A stretch of 64,000 nt of DNA. It comes from Cycas panzhihuaensis. Lineage: Eukaryota; Plantae; Cycadophyta. A program made the position numbers and the translations under genes. Of the stretch, positions 24,731-39,089 are shown piece by piece. Every line of letters starts with the position of its first letter. Position 1 is the first letter of the stretch. The DNA lies in NCBI GenBank assembly GCA_023213395.1, contig CM041465.1, forward strand, positions 172,987,741 through 173,051,740, written 5' to 3'. Below the pieces are notes generated by a model. The model had not been told where the DNA came from and did not search any database. It was given only the letters and a program-made list of their open reading frames with translations.

Positions 24731-25963
24731 GGCTTCTACATCCAGGTTGAGATGCCCTTTGACATTTTATGATCAGCAAAGAGATGCCAAGCATTGCATG
24801 TGGATCTAGGCTACTGCTTAGTCCCACACACAATCACATCTCAGAGGGCCAGGAAGCAGAAGGGATATTATCGTCAGGTCAAGAGGAAGGATTCTCCAGG
24901 CTACATCCAGAGCCTACTCGTGCAGACGTTCTGCAGATACAGCCCAGACTTCAGCCTTGGATGTTGGAGGAGTTAGGACTCGCCCTTTGGGGAGGCAGCC
25001 TCCTGAGATTTCACAACAGGGGCTCAACACTAGATTCTTCCCAGCCACAGATCACAATGCTCCGGATGACTTTGGCAAGCCACTGGGGACTCTCGGTGGC
25101 TAAGAATACATAGATGCCTTCAGCATCGTTTCAAGCAGGGTGTGCCATCTGTCATATACAGATGCCACATGGGCATTTAAAGCCAGGCTTCTTTCATCAG
25201 GATCTCAGTTTAAATGCCTACTGTTTTTAATTTTTAATTTTAGTTTTTTTTAATGTTGAGATTTAGTCACATATTCAAGTTTGTACTTGAATAGACAGTT
25301 TTCCTTGGCAGATGCATCCTTGCCTACATACACATATACGTGTACATGGTAGACAGGGTTTTCTGAAGTAGGTAGGCTTTCTTTTGGAGATGCCTTTTGC
25401 ACTCCTCGTTCGATGTATTTTAATCAATGTGTTTGACAGTCCTGTTGAATGCTTTTGGTCATTTGTGGGCATTAATATATAATCAATTTTAATTAATTAA
25501 TTAAGCGAGATAGCACCCAACTGTGGGCAGACAACCTCCCCAGGTTCCACAACTTGTCACTGCACCTTTCTAACTACAGACCAGACTTCAATTAGTTATT
25601 CAGTGGGTGGTCGGAGAATGCATAGTTGTCGAGAGAAGCAGATCACGGAGACCACTGTGCAGGACAGTATGCATATGACTCATGGCTGCAGTCATGCCCA
25701 GTTCCCAGGACAACATACATCAACATTAGGCATTTGTTATGAGGTATTTTTCAGCTTCAACGTATTTAGATTCTATACCCTGGACACCCACAAACATTTT
25801 CACATTTTTACACTTCTACATAGATTTAGATTGAACATGCTTTAGGCACTCCTTGCTACATTGTAGCTTGATAAGATTCTACCAGTCACATTGACTGCCT
25901 TATGGTTATTTGAGGACATCAATATAATTTCTATTTCTATTTTCTACATAAACTAATATCTAC

Positions 25964-26060
25964 CTGTCAAGGCCAGCTTTAATCCTGTCTCAATATCAGG
26001 AATATTAGGAACCAGAACCCCAGGTGTGTCAAGAACATAAATACTCGGCTGGTGGGCAAT
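25964..26060 (-). CDS. SIN2: SIN2-like exon (97 bp), G3 DTPG motif
   Basis: CAG|IAHQPSIYVLDTPGVLVPNIPDIETGLKLALT+G|GTA. It follows a 451-bp phase-0 intron. Confidence 0.93.
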
Positions 26061-26511
26061 CTGCAAGACAAAATTAACCATTTGTTTTCTTCTCTTAGTA
26101 AGCATATCTTGAACTCTATAAAAAAGAATAAAAACAAGGCAATTCTAAGTTTGAACTAGCTCGGGTTCTATGATTACAATTTAGGCAGTAAGCTTCTACG
26201 TAGAAATATGAATTCCATAATAGCCTTTGAAGGAAAATAGACTAGTTGTGCAGTAGTAATTAAAAAAGAAATTCTTCATTTTTTTCATTTTAGTTTCTTT
26301 GGTTTGGGGCAGGGGGAATAAAAGAGAGTACAAAAAACAAAAGAGGGATGAGAGGAAAGAGAAAAAGGGAAGAAAGCCAAGAACAAGAGAGGCCACATGA
26401 GAATGAACAAGAGGCATAAAGAATGTCATCAATGATCTTATCCTGTTGGAAAACAAAATGAAAGGAACCCAATTACCAGCAGGAAACATTTGTTAACTAT
26501 TTTAAAAAAAC

Positions 26512-26582
26512 CTTAAAACCCGCAATATCTTGGGTAACGCCTGGCAAAGGGCCGACAGTTGCTCGCTTCAGCTTCTCCTGTG
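26512..26582 (-). CDS. SIN2: SIN2-like exon (71 bp), G2 region
   Basis: AG|(A)QEKLKRATVGPLPGVTQDIAGFK|GT. It follows a 90-bp phase-1 GT-AG intron and the frame is continuous. Confidence 0.93.
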
Positions 26583-26672
26583 CTAAAGAAAAGAAAGAGA
26601 TAGCATATGATATGAGTGTAGATGAGAAGTGTTACTATTAAATAATACTTACTAATCACAACACAACAATAC

Positions 26673-26814
26673 CTGGAAAACGACTACGAGCAAGCTGATG
26701 CATAGTATTAATGAGAGCAGACTTTCCAACATTTGGAATTCCAACTACCATCACCAGAAGCGTAGGCTGCTTTGAGATGGCTTCCTTCAACTGAGCCTCC
26801 ACCTGGACTAACAG
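26673..26814 (-). CDS. SIN2: Internal exon (142 bp) of a mitochondrial DAR/RbgA-MTG1-family GTPase, SHORT INTEGUMENTS 2-like; contains the G1 P-loop
   Basis: AG|LLVQVEAQLKEAISKQPTLLVMVVGIPNVGKSALINTMHQLARSRFP+G|GT. Closely resembles Arabidopsis SIN2 as I recall it (EPTLLVMVVGVPNVGKSALINSIHQ..RFP). Confidence 0.92.
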
Positions 26815-27679
26815 CTACAATCCAAATATGCTTGGTAAGAGACTTTTAAAAGCATTGGTATGATCAAGAACTGGCATGTAGTTCTTCAAACATAAACACA
26901 CTGTCAACATGACTTCCTCAGATAACTTGAAAATAATGACAATCTCTAACTCTTGAATCAGGAAAGGATCATGCAATTACCCTGTTCCCCATTAAAGTAG
27001 AGAATGTCTCTTGGTAGTTAACCCTTCTTAGAGAAAAACCTTAATTTTGCAATGCAATAATTAGTACACTTCTTCTGTCAATGTATATCAAAATTGGGTA
27101 CGCTTGGGGAAGAGAGGAGAGTGGGGAGAGCTGTAGACGATAAATCATGCCTAAAAAATTCTTTTAGAATGTTGTTTTGGGGCCACCCAAAGGGTTAAAG
27201 GAAGAGAACATTGCCTTAGAAGGCACTTTCTGAGATAATAAGGGTGCGCTCTGTGAATAGATATATTAAGACTAATCCATCAGTGAAGACTGACACTAGC
27301 TCCTTTGTCACAGAAATTGCCACTAATTCAATGCAGAAATAAACAAAAGGAACTAAAAGACTGCTCCTCTCAGCTAAGAAGCCCTGGATGACTGGATAAA
27401 GGAAGAGAAGCCCACCAAACCTGTCTCTTCCCAAACAGAAAAGTGGGGGACCAATGGTCCAGCTCATAGTCACCATAGCACAGAAGGGGACTTCAAATGT
27501 TTCCCATAAACTCCAGTGGCCAGCGACATCCAGAAATGGTAGGAAGGGCCAAGGGACCACAAACTGTACAGATCCAGTCAAGAAGCCGAGGAGGGGAACT
27601 TCATGCAGGAGAACAATTCAAGCATAGCCCATACAGGTCACAATATGCAAAAATCTAGATCTGGAGGCACTGGTAAATG

Positions 27680-28420
27680 ATTTACCTTTAACCCTGATGA
27701 GAAATTCATAGATTAAGTGCTTAATTTGGAATGCCATTCTATTCTGTTGTTTTTCTCCCAAAGTATCCTGCCTGAAATCTAATTTCTCACCTAGACAGAT
27801 CAGAACTGGGAACCAAAGGTTTAGAATATCAAGTCAATCCATGGGATGGACATAGGTTGTCTAAGTGGTTTTCCACTCTGTTGATACCCAGTCCTCCAGT
27901 ACAGTACATGCATGACTAACACCCACCTAATCTTCTGCAGTCTTATCACTGGGATTTTGAAATTGAAAACAATAACCAGTACAAGATGCCTTCTGGTTGG
28001 GGTTTCCCTGCAAAGAAATTTATGTGCTGACGCTTTCCTAAAAATTGTTGCATCCTACAGTAGGCTTTTGCATGAACATGCTAACAAATATTTAAATCTC
28101 AAGCCCATCCAAGGTATGTGGAGGTTGATCTCACAAAATCCCCTGCCTCTGAGATGCACCTAGAAAGACATGAATACCCTAAGAATCATAAAGTGCATTT
28201 GCTTTACTTCCTAAATAAATTCTTCAACTATATGGAAGTTGGTCACATGGTGCACAACTGCTCAAAATGCAAGCTGAATTCCCAAACACTTGTCCCCGTG
28301 GTTGCTAATCCCCAGCAAGAGATTAATCAAGGTCGTAGTAACATCCAGCCTTTGCACCTTTTTCTGCAAGAAATGGCACCAAGTCCATGGAGACCAACAT
28401 TTTATTCCTGGAGGAAATAG
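27680..28420 (+). mobile_element. Degenerate L1-type LINE ORF1 remnant (DUF4283 / zinc-knuckle-like)
   Basis: Peptides QNWEPKV*NIKSIHG, WVSLQRNLCADAFLKI, VEVDLTKSP and a decayed knuckle (FNYMEVGHMVHNC) resemble plant L1 ORF1. Confidence 0.55.
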
Positions 28421-29636
28421 AAAGATGATTCTTCTCCTGGATCTGACAATCGCCACCATCTGCCCTCCCCAAAAGGCCACAAGGAGGAATTTCAATCAAC
28501 CCCCAATTATGGCAGAAGTATGTCTACCATACCGTTCCATCCCCCTCTAAAGAGAGGAGCTCCAAAGATCCATATCCAATCTCCCATACCCTCCATGAAA
28601 TAACCGAATAGCTACAGAAATGCTCTAAAGCAGGAGAAGTCACAAAGAATTGACCAAAAAGTACTCAGCCAGTCGTCTCGAACATATATCAAGTGGCACA
28701 AGTGGGGTATACAGGTGGGCCAAGCTACCATAGTTTAAATCAGAAATAGATCTTCTCATGGGATGTAAGAGGGAGTTTGAAGCACACTGAGAAGAGCACC
28801 CTGAGAATGTTGATTTTCAGAGCAGACCCATAACTTGTCATGCTATTGGAAGTCAAAGTCATGCAATTCAAGGTGAGTGATTGCCCTTGCCTACGGTCAA
28901 GGTGAGAATATCTCCATGGAACTTGATGATAGCACATGGGAAGCAGTCCTTGATGTGCCTTTACATATCTAAGATGTGATTGGTCAGGGATCAGACCTGA
29001 ATAATGTAACTCCCTCCTATAGAGTAGGTAGGTGAAAACAACCCAATGACATATCCACACAAGATTTCCATCGAAACAATATCAAAGTTCAAACTCACGA
29101 TAATAGAAACTACGAGTACAATTATTCAGAAAGTATTATGAAACTTATCTGTTGAGTTGTTGAGATGATCACTCTCCTTCACCAACAAATTGTTCACTCT
29201 TCTAGGCAAGTGATGACTTGGGACTGGAAATACATCTGCATGGCAAAATCTGAACTAGACAAAAGAAACATGTGAACCAACTAAATGACCTCCTTGATGA
29301 TCCAACTGGGGCATGTACACAGATACTCGAGACTACAGGACCTCAGAGTTGCCAAACAAAACAATGGTAAAATCTCCTTCCACTGCTCATGATGTCGGTT
29401 AGCCAATGAAACACTAGCATGGACCCCTCCCATTGATCATCATCCTCCATCTTTGGAGATACCGTCTCCTTGCCAGCTTCCCCCTTCTTGCATTCCTCAC
29501 TTCTTAGCTTGCAGGCAGCATTAGCTGAAGGACCTTGCAATATACTTGAAGACGGGAAAAAAATCATTGATAAGAGACCTCAGATCATACAACATTAATC
29601 CGCTTCAATAGTTGTCTGTGAACATGTACTTGACCT

Positions 29637-30350
29637 TGTTAGAAATTAATGTTTACATAGTACAAAGGTTGTATTGGTGAGTTGTCATCACTAGCTTGAC
29701 GACGTGTTAGGAGTTACAAAAGTCTTTAATGGACTTATGACATGTGTCAGGGTGGTTATGAGTCTTATTTGGACAGTTACTAATCCCATTTTATTTATAG
29801 GTGTAGAGGGTTGTATTTGGTATGGAGGAGTCATTCCTAATGAATAAAGAAAACAGATTTAGAAGGTAGGCTAATCCTACCTGATAACCAGTGTCATATT
29901 TTTGTTTGGTTCCCATTCAATCCTAATTGATTTCATTTGGTATCAAAGCAAGGTTATCATGGGTTGTTGATCAAATTTTCAACCAATGGTTTGTAAAACC
30001 AATCAAGGTTATTCAGGTTATCAATTAATTTTTTGATCTATATTTTGAGAAATCAATTCAAAAGTCAAATTGAGAAACCTGTAGGTGATTTCAAAAGTAA
30101 TTTCAAGATGTGTCACAAATTATGTTGTATAAAATTGTACAAAATTAGGTTGTTATATGGAGTTTTCAAAGTGTTAGTTGTTCTTCAAAAGTGTTCTTAT
30201 GTGTATGTAATGAACCTTGATGAAATCTGAGAGTGAATGACCGAAGTGCCATAGTCCACAAATAACGACTTCAATATCTCTGTATTGGGTTTTTTCAATA
30301 TCACAGTTAGTGCATTCGAATTGCTCATTCAAGCACTCAAGCGGGTATTT
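29637..30350 (+). mobile_element. Element L: LTR (29637-29935) + PBS + start of leader, truncated
   Basis: TGTTAG...TTTCA followed by tt-TGGTATCAAAGC (29938-29949), a tRNA-iMet PBS. Confidence 0.7.
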
Positions 30351-33300
30351 TGTTAGAGTAGTTAAGAGTTAACCACAGTTAATTAATGTAAATGTGGTTA
30401 ATTAGTGAGTTGATTAGTTGAATGGCCATAATTAACAAAGAGTTGCATCTCTTTAGATGGACGTACTATATGGGTTTGAATATATACCAAGCCCTAGGTT
30501 GGATATATCATCTCGTTGTGGTGTAATCGATGTAACAATTTATTTGGCTTGGTGGGTTTTTTCTTGAAAGGGTTTTCCCACGTATATTTGCCATACTATT
30601 CTTTGTTGTTTGATACTTGCTATGTATGCTAAAGATCTAGATGTATGTTGTATATGTTAAACCATTCACAATCTTAACATGGTATTAGAGCTTGAAGGGA
30701 ATACATAGCTAAGGCACTTAGTTGAGAGAAGGCCATTGAAGTCTATGACTACCTCCTGATCAAGGCAAGAGCCCTGTTTTGGGGATTTCAATTGCTTTTG
30801 GAATCAAAAAAGGGCATACTAGACATTTTGGGTATTGAGGAGGTGAAAATCACCTATCAATATTGAGCTTTGGCACCTCCGTGAAGCATTTTGGGCTTTA
30901 TTCAGACTATGTTGGGCTAGTTTTGAGGCTTTTTGGGGTTGGTTGAGCATGTTGAGCTCTATCTGGATGGTATTGGGCTCGTGTTGAAGCAGTGCAGGGC
31001 TAGTTGGGCACATTGGGCACTTCCTATAGCTATTGGGCACAAGGTTGGGGCTATAGGCCATCACTGGACATGTCTTTTGATTAAAACACAATTGTTGGAA
31101 GGCATTAAGCACTCGCTTTGTGAGCCCATTGTTGGTTTGAGTCTATATCTAAGATTTGTGATCATTTTGAAACATGTTTGAAGTTTTCCAAGCCCAAAAG
31201 AAGGTTTGAGATGGAGATAGAAGTTGTTTTCAGTCATACAAGGAGTTGGTTTGGGGTTTGAACCCGTGAAGCCATTGTAATGAATTGGTGACCACTGAAC
31301 ATTACTTTTTTCTCTGTAGAGAGTTGTGTGGTATACTTGCTATAATGTTGGAAGTGGGTTGAATAAGATTTAGGTTAGTTGGTGTGATTCAAATCAATTG
31401 TTAGGTGTGGAAAGTCGTTGACCAAGCAACAAATTTGAAGCGACAGTAGTTCACAGAAAGGTTGCAGCCATGTTTTATTGATTTTTAAGTTGTCACAGAT
31501 AGTGGAGAACCCCATGAAGTGGCAACAACGGTGGGGTGAATATGCCCTTTGGGATATTCCAAATCATTTCAAATTCAAACAAAAGGTAGGAAGTTCTGTT
31601 TTTGAAATTATCCCTTGCATTTTGCTTATCATTTCACTATTTTTTGAAGCGATCTACAATTTTTTTCAAAGAAAGCGAATTTTGTGTGAAGTATTTCATT
31701 CAGACTTGCCATTTTGAAGCCCATGATGTTGTTTTCTGTTTTCTTTTTTGTCATTTGAAGCTATTTTGGAGGGTTTATTGGTATGTTTTGGTAGCCTGTT
31801 TATGGCAAGTGTAAAAACACTGAGCCCTCAACCTGTGTGAGTTTGATGGCGGTGAAGATATACACTTAAAACCATTAAAATATTGCATTTTTTTGCGAAT
31901 TGTTGGCAAATGGCGGTTAAACAGTGTGTAGGGCATTGCCCAATTGACTAAACATCAAGCAATTTAGTGTAAAAGACTCATTTGTAAGCCTATTTCTCAC
32001 GATGGAGAAGATGATGCCCCAAGTTATCTTCAATGGGAACAACTTCGATGAGTGGAAGACGAACATGGAGTTCATGTTAATGGTAAATCAACTATGGATG
32101 ATCACCAAAGATGAATTGCTAGCTATTTTGTTGGATGAGAAGGAGAGAACTTGTTTGCAAGAGAAGCAGTTTATGGTTGTGGGATTGTTGAAGTTGTCTC
32201 TAGAGCCAGACTAGAGGACTCTAGTCCACAACCTAGAGAAACCAAACGAAATTTGGTCAAAACTATGTGAAACAATTGAGAAAAAGAAGACGAATCACCA
32301 TGTTGCTTTCATGATGGAGCTTCTTAACACTACAGTAAAAGATGAAAGCAACATAAGCACCTACCTAAAAAAGATAATGGATTTGAGGAACAAACTAGAG
32401 GAGATAAAACCTGACTTAGTAGATGATACGCTGATGTTTGTGATAATTATGTCAAAACTACTAGCAATGTTATGAACCTTTCAAACCATTTATGCAAATG
32501 ATGAAGTAACAGACCTTAAATTGCTTGAATCGTTGAAGAATCTCATTCTAGTCGAGGATGCCAAGTTGAAGCAACATGGTTTGCTCCGAAGTTCCGAATC
32601 CAACTGTGCTTTAATCATAAAGATGCAAAGGAGAGATGGTGTCCAAGAGGGGAAGTGTGCACAAAAATTAGGAGAAACATCTTAGGAGAAGAATTTTGTT
32701 GACAAACATAATTACTGCAAGTAGGATGGCCACAGGGAGAAAAACTATTGGTTCAAAAGATGGGACAAATGCAAAGCAAACCAAGATGATAAAGAGAAGG
32801 GTGTTGTGGCTTATTGCACATAAGTGTTATCCTTTTCAATCGAATCAAATTAGAGAGATTTTTGGATTTTGGACTTAAGTGTGCTCAAACACATCTCTTT
32901 TCATAAGAAGAACTTTGATGCATGGAATGTTGGTTGTGATGCAAAACTCATTCTTGGGGATTCAAGTGTGGTGCCTATTGAGGGTGTTGGCATCATTTCA
33001 CTTGCAAATGGCAAATTCAAGGGAGTGTACTATGCACCTAAGATGAAAAAGAAATCTTCTATCAACCTAGGAGATATGCAAATAGGGTATATGTTGTGTG
33101 CCTAATTATGTAAAATTGATTTTTAGGAGAACAAGTGCAATGTTCCTTTTCCCTATCTAGCTGACCTACAAGGGATATTCCCACTGACCTATTATTATTA
33201 TTACTATTATTAGTAGTAAAGACTATTTTATTACCTTTCTTTTGGCCAACTTCGGGAGTTTCTCCTGGCCGACCCTATATGTTCATTCTAGCTGACTTAT

Positions 33301-36300
33301 GTCTCACTTCTTGGCCGAGTTCCATGAGCCCTCCTTCACTTGCCTATTTATAGATGTATGCGGCCTCTTTTGGGGTATGTTTGTAGCTACTACAACCTGG
33401 CCTTAAGGCTGCCATTTTGGAGGGAGCCTCGTCTCAAAGAGGAAGACAAATGCAAGGGACATATTCTATAAGTTATATTTTATAATTATTTGTATTTCGA
33501 GTTGATATTTTAGTGATAATTGCAAGTAGATTAGCAGATTTTTCATCTTGTATTAGTATATTATTTGTAAAGTGTGTGTTATTAGTACATATTTTGCTCT
33601 GTCTCCTCCACTTTCTTCAATATTCTCCTCTGGCTCCACTTCAAGTGGTATCAAAGCTTCGTTCTGAAGCAATCCTATGAAGAATTCTACCTTTCATAGG
33701 GAATTATTACCCCCCCCCCCCCCGCTCCCAAAGGAATTAAGATCAGGGAAGACTCTACAACTGAGCAAAATGGTGAACACTCAGTCAGTAACCGTAGAAG
33801 ACATAAACAAAAGGGTGGACCCATTACATGGCCAAAATGTCTGCTCATTTTGAAAATGACCTACACAATATCAACCTCCAATTATAAAACCTAACCAAAA
33901 TGTTTGGAAAACAAAAAGAAGAAGGGGAGTCGTTAAGAGAAGATATTATCTAGGAACAAGAGGACTACATGGAATTCGACAAAGAATTATTCAAGCAAAA
34001 GGGTTTCAGAGACTATCGGCAAAAGAACTCGAGAGATTTTGAACTAGGATATGGACTCAAGGGAACAAAGTTTGTTTTGGAGAAATTTGACCCAGATTGA
34101 TCAAGGGATATTCACAGTTGGATACTCCAAATGGAAGCATACTTCCAAGCATACGATCTGCCCAACCATGAGAAATCTTTGGTGGCATCCCTTCATCTCT
34201 ATAAAAAAGCGCTCTAGTGGTTCAATTGGGGGAAAAGGCTTCCTAAGCATAACACCAACGATTGGGGCTCCCTCAAGGATGCACTAATAGAACAATACAA
34301 AAAAACATGGAATACAAATTACTTTTTCCAGCTCACCTGATTACAATAGACAAGATCAGTTCAAACCTACACAGAACAATTCTAGGCTTTACAAAGCTTA
34401 GTCACTGCAGCTCTACCAAGGGATATCATCACAAAAACTTATGTTAGAGGACTCAAGGGACACATTAAATACCATATAAAAACAATTGGAGCAACAAACA
34501 TAAGAGAAGTCATTTGACTTGCAAGAAATATCGAAGCAAAATATAGGGAAAGCAAGAATACCTATAATAGACGAAATGAACAAACCTACTACCAAAGCCC
34601 TAGCTCCCAATCCAACTAGGCCAGATCTGGGACAAAAGTTGAACCCCCACTAGGGGAAAAGAGCAATAGCAAAATAAGAAAACTATCAAAGGAAGAACAC
34701 ATAAAGCGAGGGACTTGCTTCAAGTGCAGAGTGAAACGGAGTCGTGACCATCAATACACATCAAAGAAGGTATTTATGATCAATAAAGAGAAAGCAGACA
34801 TTCCAACGAAAGAAGAAGAAGAACCTCCAGAAGATCCTGGCGAAGCAAAAATCGAAGATCTACCTATGACAGATACCAAACGTCCAAATATCTTTGCAAG
34901 CAATTAAAAATAAAGTCACCACCCCCTAAACCTTAAAATTCTAAGGGGAGATTAAGGGATTCCCAGCAGCCATCCTCACAGATAGTGGGAGTACACACAA
35001 TTTTATCAATAAACCAACAATAGAAAAGTTAGGTTTACAAATTCGAGAATTAGATACCTTCCAAGTATCAACTGCAAATGGGAAGACCATGTCGTGTGGA
35101 GGATTCTATCCTAAAGTAAGCTTGCAAATTGAGAATTATGCAACGACAACCTGTATGTTTGTTATGGAAATAGGAGTAGATGTAGTCTTGGGTATCTGGT
35201 GGTTAGAGACATTAAGATATATCATCACCAACTATAAAATTCGATACATGAGCTTCAAACAGAAAGGTCGCACATACCGACTGCAGGCACCCGCCACTCC
35301 TCCAACTCAACTAATCACTGCCCATCAAATGGAGAAAAGCTTGAAAAAGAATCCTACAACATATATAATGACATGTTGCAAGATCACCATAGAAAATGTA
35401 CCAATAGAAGTCCAAGTTGTCATTAACCAAGACAACAAGGTCTTTGAAGAATCATAGGGATTATCTCCATAATGAGATTGCCAACATCACATAGAGCTAC
35501 TACCCGAAGCAACTCCAGTGAACATTCGCCCATACTATCAACCCTATCATCTAAAAAGGGAGATTGGATAGATCACCAAGGAACTCCTACGACAGGGATA
35601 CATCTCAACTAGTACAAGTCCTCTTGCATCACCAGTCATACTAAATCAAAAGAAGGATGGACCCTATCAAATGTGTCTGGATCATCAAGGATTGAACAAG
35701 CTAATGGTTAAAAAACGTTACCCTATTCCACAAATTAATGATTTATTAGATGAAATACATGGAGTAAGATGCTTTTCAAAGATTGACTTGCATTTAGGAT
35801 GCTATCAAATTCATATCAAGCTAGAAGATGTGTATAAAACAACGTTTCGCACACATGAGGGGTTATTTGAATTCCAGGTCATGCCATTCGGCCTAACTAA
35901 CACCCTGGCAACGTTTCAAAGTATAATGAATACGATATTTAAACCCTTCTTACGAAAATTTGTGCTCGTTTTCTTCAATGACATCCTAATTTACAGCACC
36001 ACTTGGGATGAACATTTGGAGCATATTAGGTCTATTCTATAGATCCTACAAGAGAATCAATTTTTTGCCAACAAAGGCACATGTACCTTTGGGAGGGCGA
36101 AACTAGAATATCTAGGCCATATCATCACTCAAGAAGGCATTAAAATAGACCCCTAAAAAGTCCAGGCTATCATAAATTGGCCAACACCCAAGAATGTAAC
36201 AGGAGTGCAGGCTTTCTTAGGAGCAATAGGATTCCTCCAAAAATTTATTCATGGATACGCAAACATTGCATCCCCTTTGACAGATCTCATGAAGAATGAC

Positions 36301-39085
36301 ACTTCTTTATGGAATCCTACAGCACAAAGTGCTTTCTAAGAGCTAAAGACCACAATGGTCATAGCACCAGTTCTTGCAACTCCAAATTTCTCCTAGCGTT
36401 TTACATTGGAGTGTGATGCATCAGGGACAAGAGTGGGAGCAATCCTCCTACAGAACCATCAACCGCTAACTTACGAAAGTCAGAAGCTAAATACTAGGGA
36501 ATGCTTTAAACCCATCTATGACAAGGAAATGCTTGCAATTATGCATGCAATACACAGATGACACCGATACATGCTTGGGAATAGGTTCATCATCAAGATT
36601 GACCATGATAGCCTCAAATATTTTCTCAGCCAGAAGAGAATGTTTGATGAGCAACAAAAATAGGTGAGTAAACTCCAAACATTTGATTTCACCATTCTAT
36701 ACAAGAAAGGGAAAAAGAATGTCATTGCAGATGCCCTATTACGAATACTAGAAGATAACATGGAAAACGCTTCCTTGTAAGCAATCTTGATAGCAACACC
36801 AAGCTAGACATAGGAATTAATTTGGGAAGACCAGAATGACCATTCTATCCAAAAGATACTAAAGAAAATACAAGACCAGGAATCCACAAAGTTCAGAGTG
36901 TAAGGAAATATGATTTTAAGGAAAGGCAAAATATTTATCCCATCAACATCATCCCTAAAGTACAAAATACTAGAGGAAGCACATCCAGTCCCTACGATAG
37001 GTCACACTGGGATTGACAAAACATACTGCAAGCTATGGGGATCTTTTTTTTGGAAAGGCATGAAGGGTGACATCCACAAATTCATGGCTAAATGTGACTC
37101 CTATCAAACAAATAAAAATGAAAGTACAAAAAATCCTGGGTTGCTACAACCATTACCCATTCTACAACAAAAATGGGAAGAGATTTCAATGGATTCTATC
37201 ATTAGCTTACCAAAATTTGAAGGTAAAGACGCTATTTTTATAGTTGTTGACAAGTTAACTAAATATGCACATTTTAGAGGAATGCAATCAATTGCCAAAG
37301 TCAGGCAAGTCGTAGAGCTCTTCATGAAGGAAATACATCGCATACACGACATTCCTAAAGTCATTGTTAGTGACTGCGATCCCAAGTTCACTAGCCACTT
37401 CTGGCAGGACCTATTCAAATTGGCAGGAACCAAATTATCCATGAACACTGCATACCATTCTCAAATAGATGGTCAAACAGAAATCGTGAACAAATGCTTA
37501 GAAGGATATTTACACAATTTCACCTTAGATAAACAACAACAATGGTATAAATGGCTCCATCTTGTGGAATGGTGGTATAATACTGCATATCATACTTAAG
37601 TAAAGATGACCCCATTCCAAGCACTTTATGGGATTGAATCAACAGCAATGCTCACATGGTCGAAAGTATCATATGTCCAATTTGTCCAAGAACAGTAGGA
37701 GCAAATGTAACAAACCATTCAAATACGAAAAGACAACTTAAGCATGGCCAAGAATCGAATGAAGCAAGAAGCAAACCTTCACAAATTAGAAAGGTCATTT
37801 TCAGTCGAGGATTAGGTCTAAGACTCTAGCCATACAAGCAAGCATCTATGCGACTAAGAAAAAATGGAGCCTCGATTCTTTGGGCCTTACTAAATCACAC
37901 AACAGATCAATGAAGTAGCTTATAGGTTGGCATTACCACCAAGAAGCCACATCCACAATGTCTTCCATGTATCATGTCTTAAGTAGAAACTTGGGCAAAA
38001 CATTACAACTTAGACAGAGGCTTCAAAGTTAGATGAAGAAGGAAAAATCATTATCGAACCAGAAAGAATCCTCTAGACTTGAACCAAGAAATTATGTTTA
38101 GAAGAAATTAAAGAATACCTTACAAAATGGAAGACTCTAGACCAGGAGAGTGCAACTTGGGAATCAGAAGCACGGTATCAACAACACTAAGATTTACCCA
38201 TGCTTTGAGGGCAAAGCATGTTTTCATGGGGAGGGACTTACAACATTCCTTTTCCTTGTTTGGTCAACTTACAAGGGTATTCTAGCTGACCAATTATTAT
38301 TATTATTATTAAAGACTATTTTATTACCTTTATTTTGGCCGACTTCAGGAGTTTCTCCTAGCTGACCCTATATGTCCATTATGGCCGACTTATGTCTCAC
38401 TTCTTGGCTGAGTCCCATGAGCTCTCCTTCACCTGCCTATTTATAAATGTATGCGGCCTCTTTTGGGGTATGTTCGGGTGATTTTTGTAGTTGTTGCAAT
38501 TCAGCCTTAGGGCTGCCATTTTGGAGGGAGCTTTTGCCTTGAAGAGGAAGATAAATGCCAGGGACATATTTTGTAAATTATATTTTATAATCATTTGTAT
38601 TTCAAGTTGATATTTCAATGGTAATTGCGAGTAGATCAACAGATGTTTCATTTTGTATTAGCATATTATTTGTAAAGTGTGTGTTATTAGTATATATTTT
38701 GCTCTGTCTCCTCCACTTTCTTCAATATTCCCCTTTAGCTTTGCTTCAACAAGAAGGCTAAGGAGGAGAACAAGGGGGTTGGGACTGACTTCCCTTTCAA
38801 TCATCAACACCATGTACATCATTTGCACCTATATTTTCTTTGTCCACATTTGCTCCATCTACTTCATCAACTCCTCTTGATCGTAGGAGTCTTTTTGACA
38901 TTGAACAATGTTTGCAGGCTCAGGACATTGAGGTCACAACTACAATGACAAAAAACTACCTAAATGGTACACTCAAACCATATAAGATGCACAAACAATT
39001 GAAGGAAAACATCCATAAAAAATGAGGTAGCAATCTATAAATTATGTACTTATGCCTAAAATGCTTTCTGTTGATGAGCCTTCCA
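30351..39085 (+). mobile_element. Copia M: 5' LTR 30351-30679, PBS, long leader, gag, protease; split by N; integrase deleted and 3' half missing
   Basis: TGTT...AACA + TGGTATTAGAGC. gag MEKMMPQVIFNGNNFDEWK..QLW at 32002; protease WILDLSVLKHIS (~32865). After N the sequence resembles the INT-RT linker (LPKWYTQTI..NYVLM..VDEPS). Confidence 0.8.
33136..38748 (+). mobile_element. Full-length degenerate gypsy chromovirus N (relative of E)
   Basis: LTRs at 33136-33643 and 38239-38748. Perfect TSD ACAAG at 33131-33135 and 38749-38753. PBS 33646-33657; PPT GGGGAGGGACT. RT YPIPQINDLLD/VMPFGLTN, integrase ORF 36910-37599, chromodomain EYLTKWK..ATWE. Confidence 0.95.
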
Positions 39086-39089
39086 ATTG

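Noticed and set aside
26196-26489. Hydrophobic 97-aa ORF as a membrane protein
   Set aside because: It lies inside the 451-bp SIN2 intron; the T-rich intron composition explains the F/L/S bias.
29140-29280. Possible upstream SIN2 exon (acceptor-like TTTTGTCTAG / CATGCAG on minus strand)
   Set aside because: Translations do not resemble the expected N-terminal GTPase segments.
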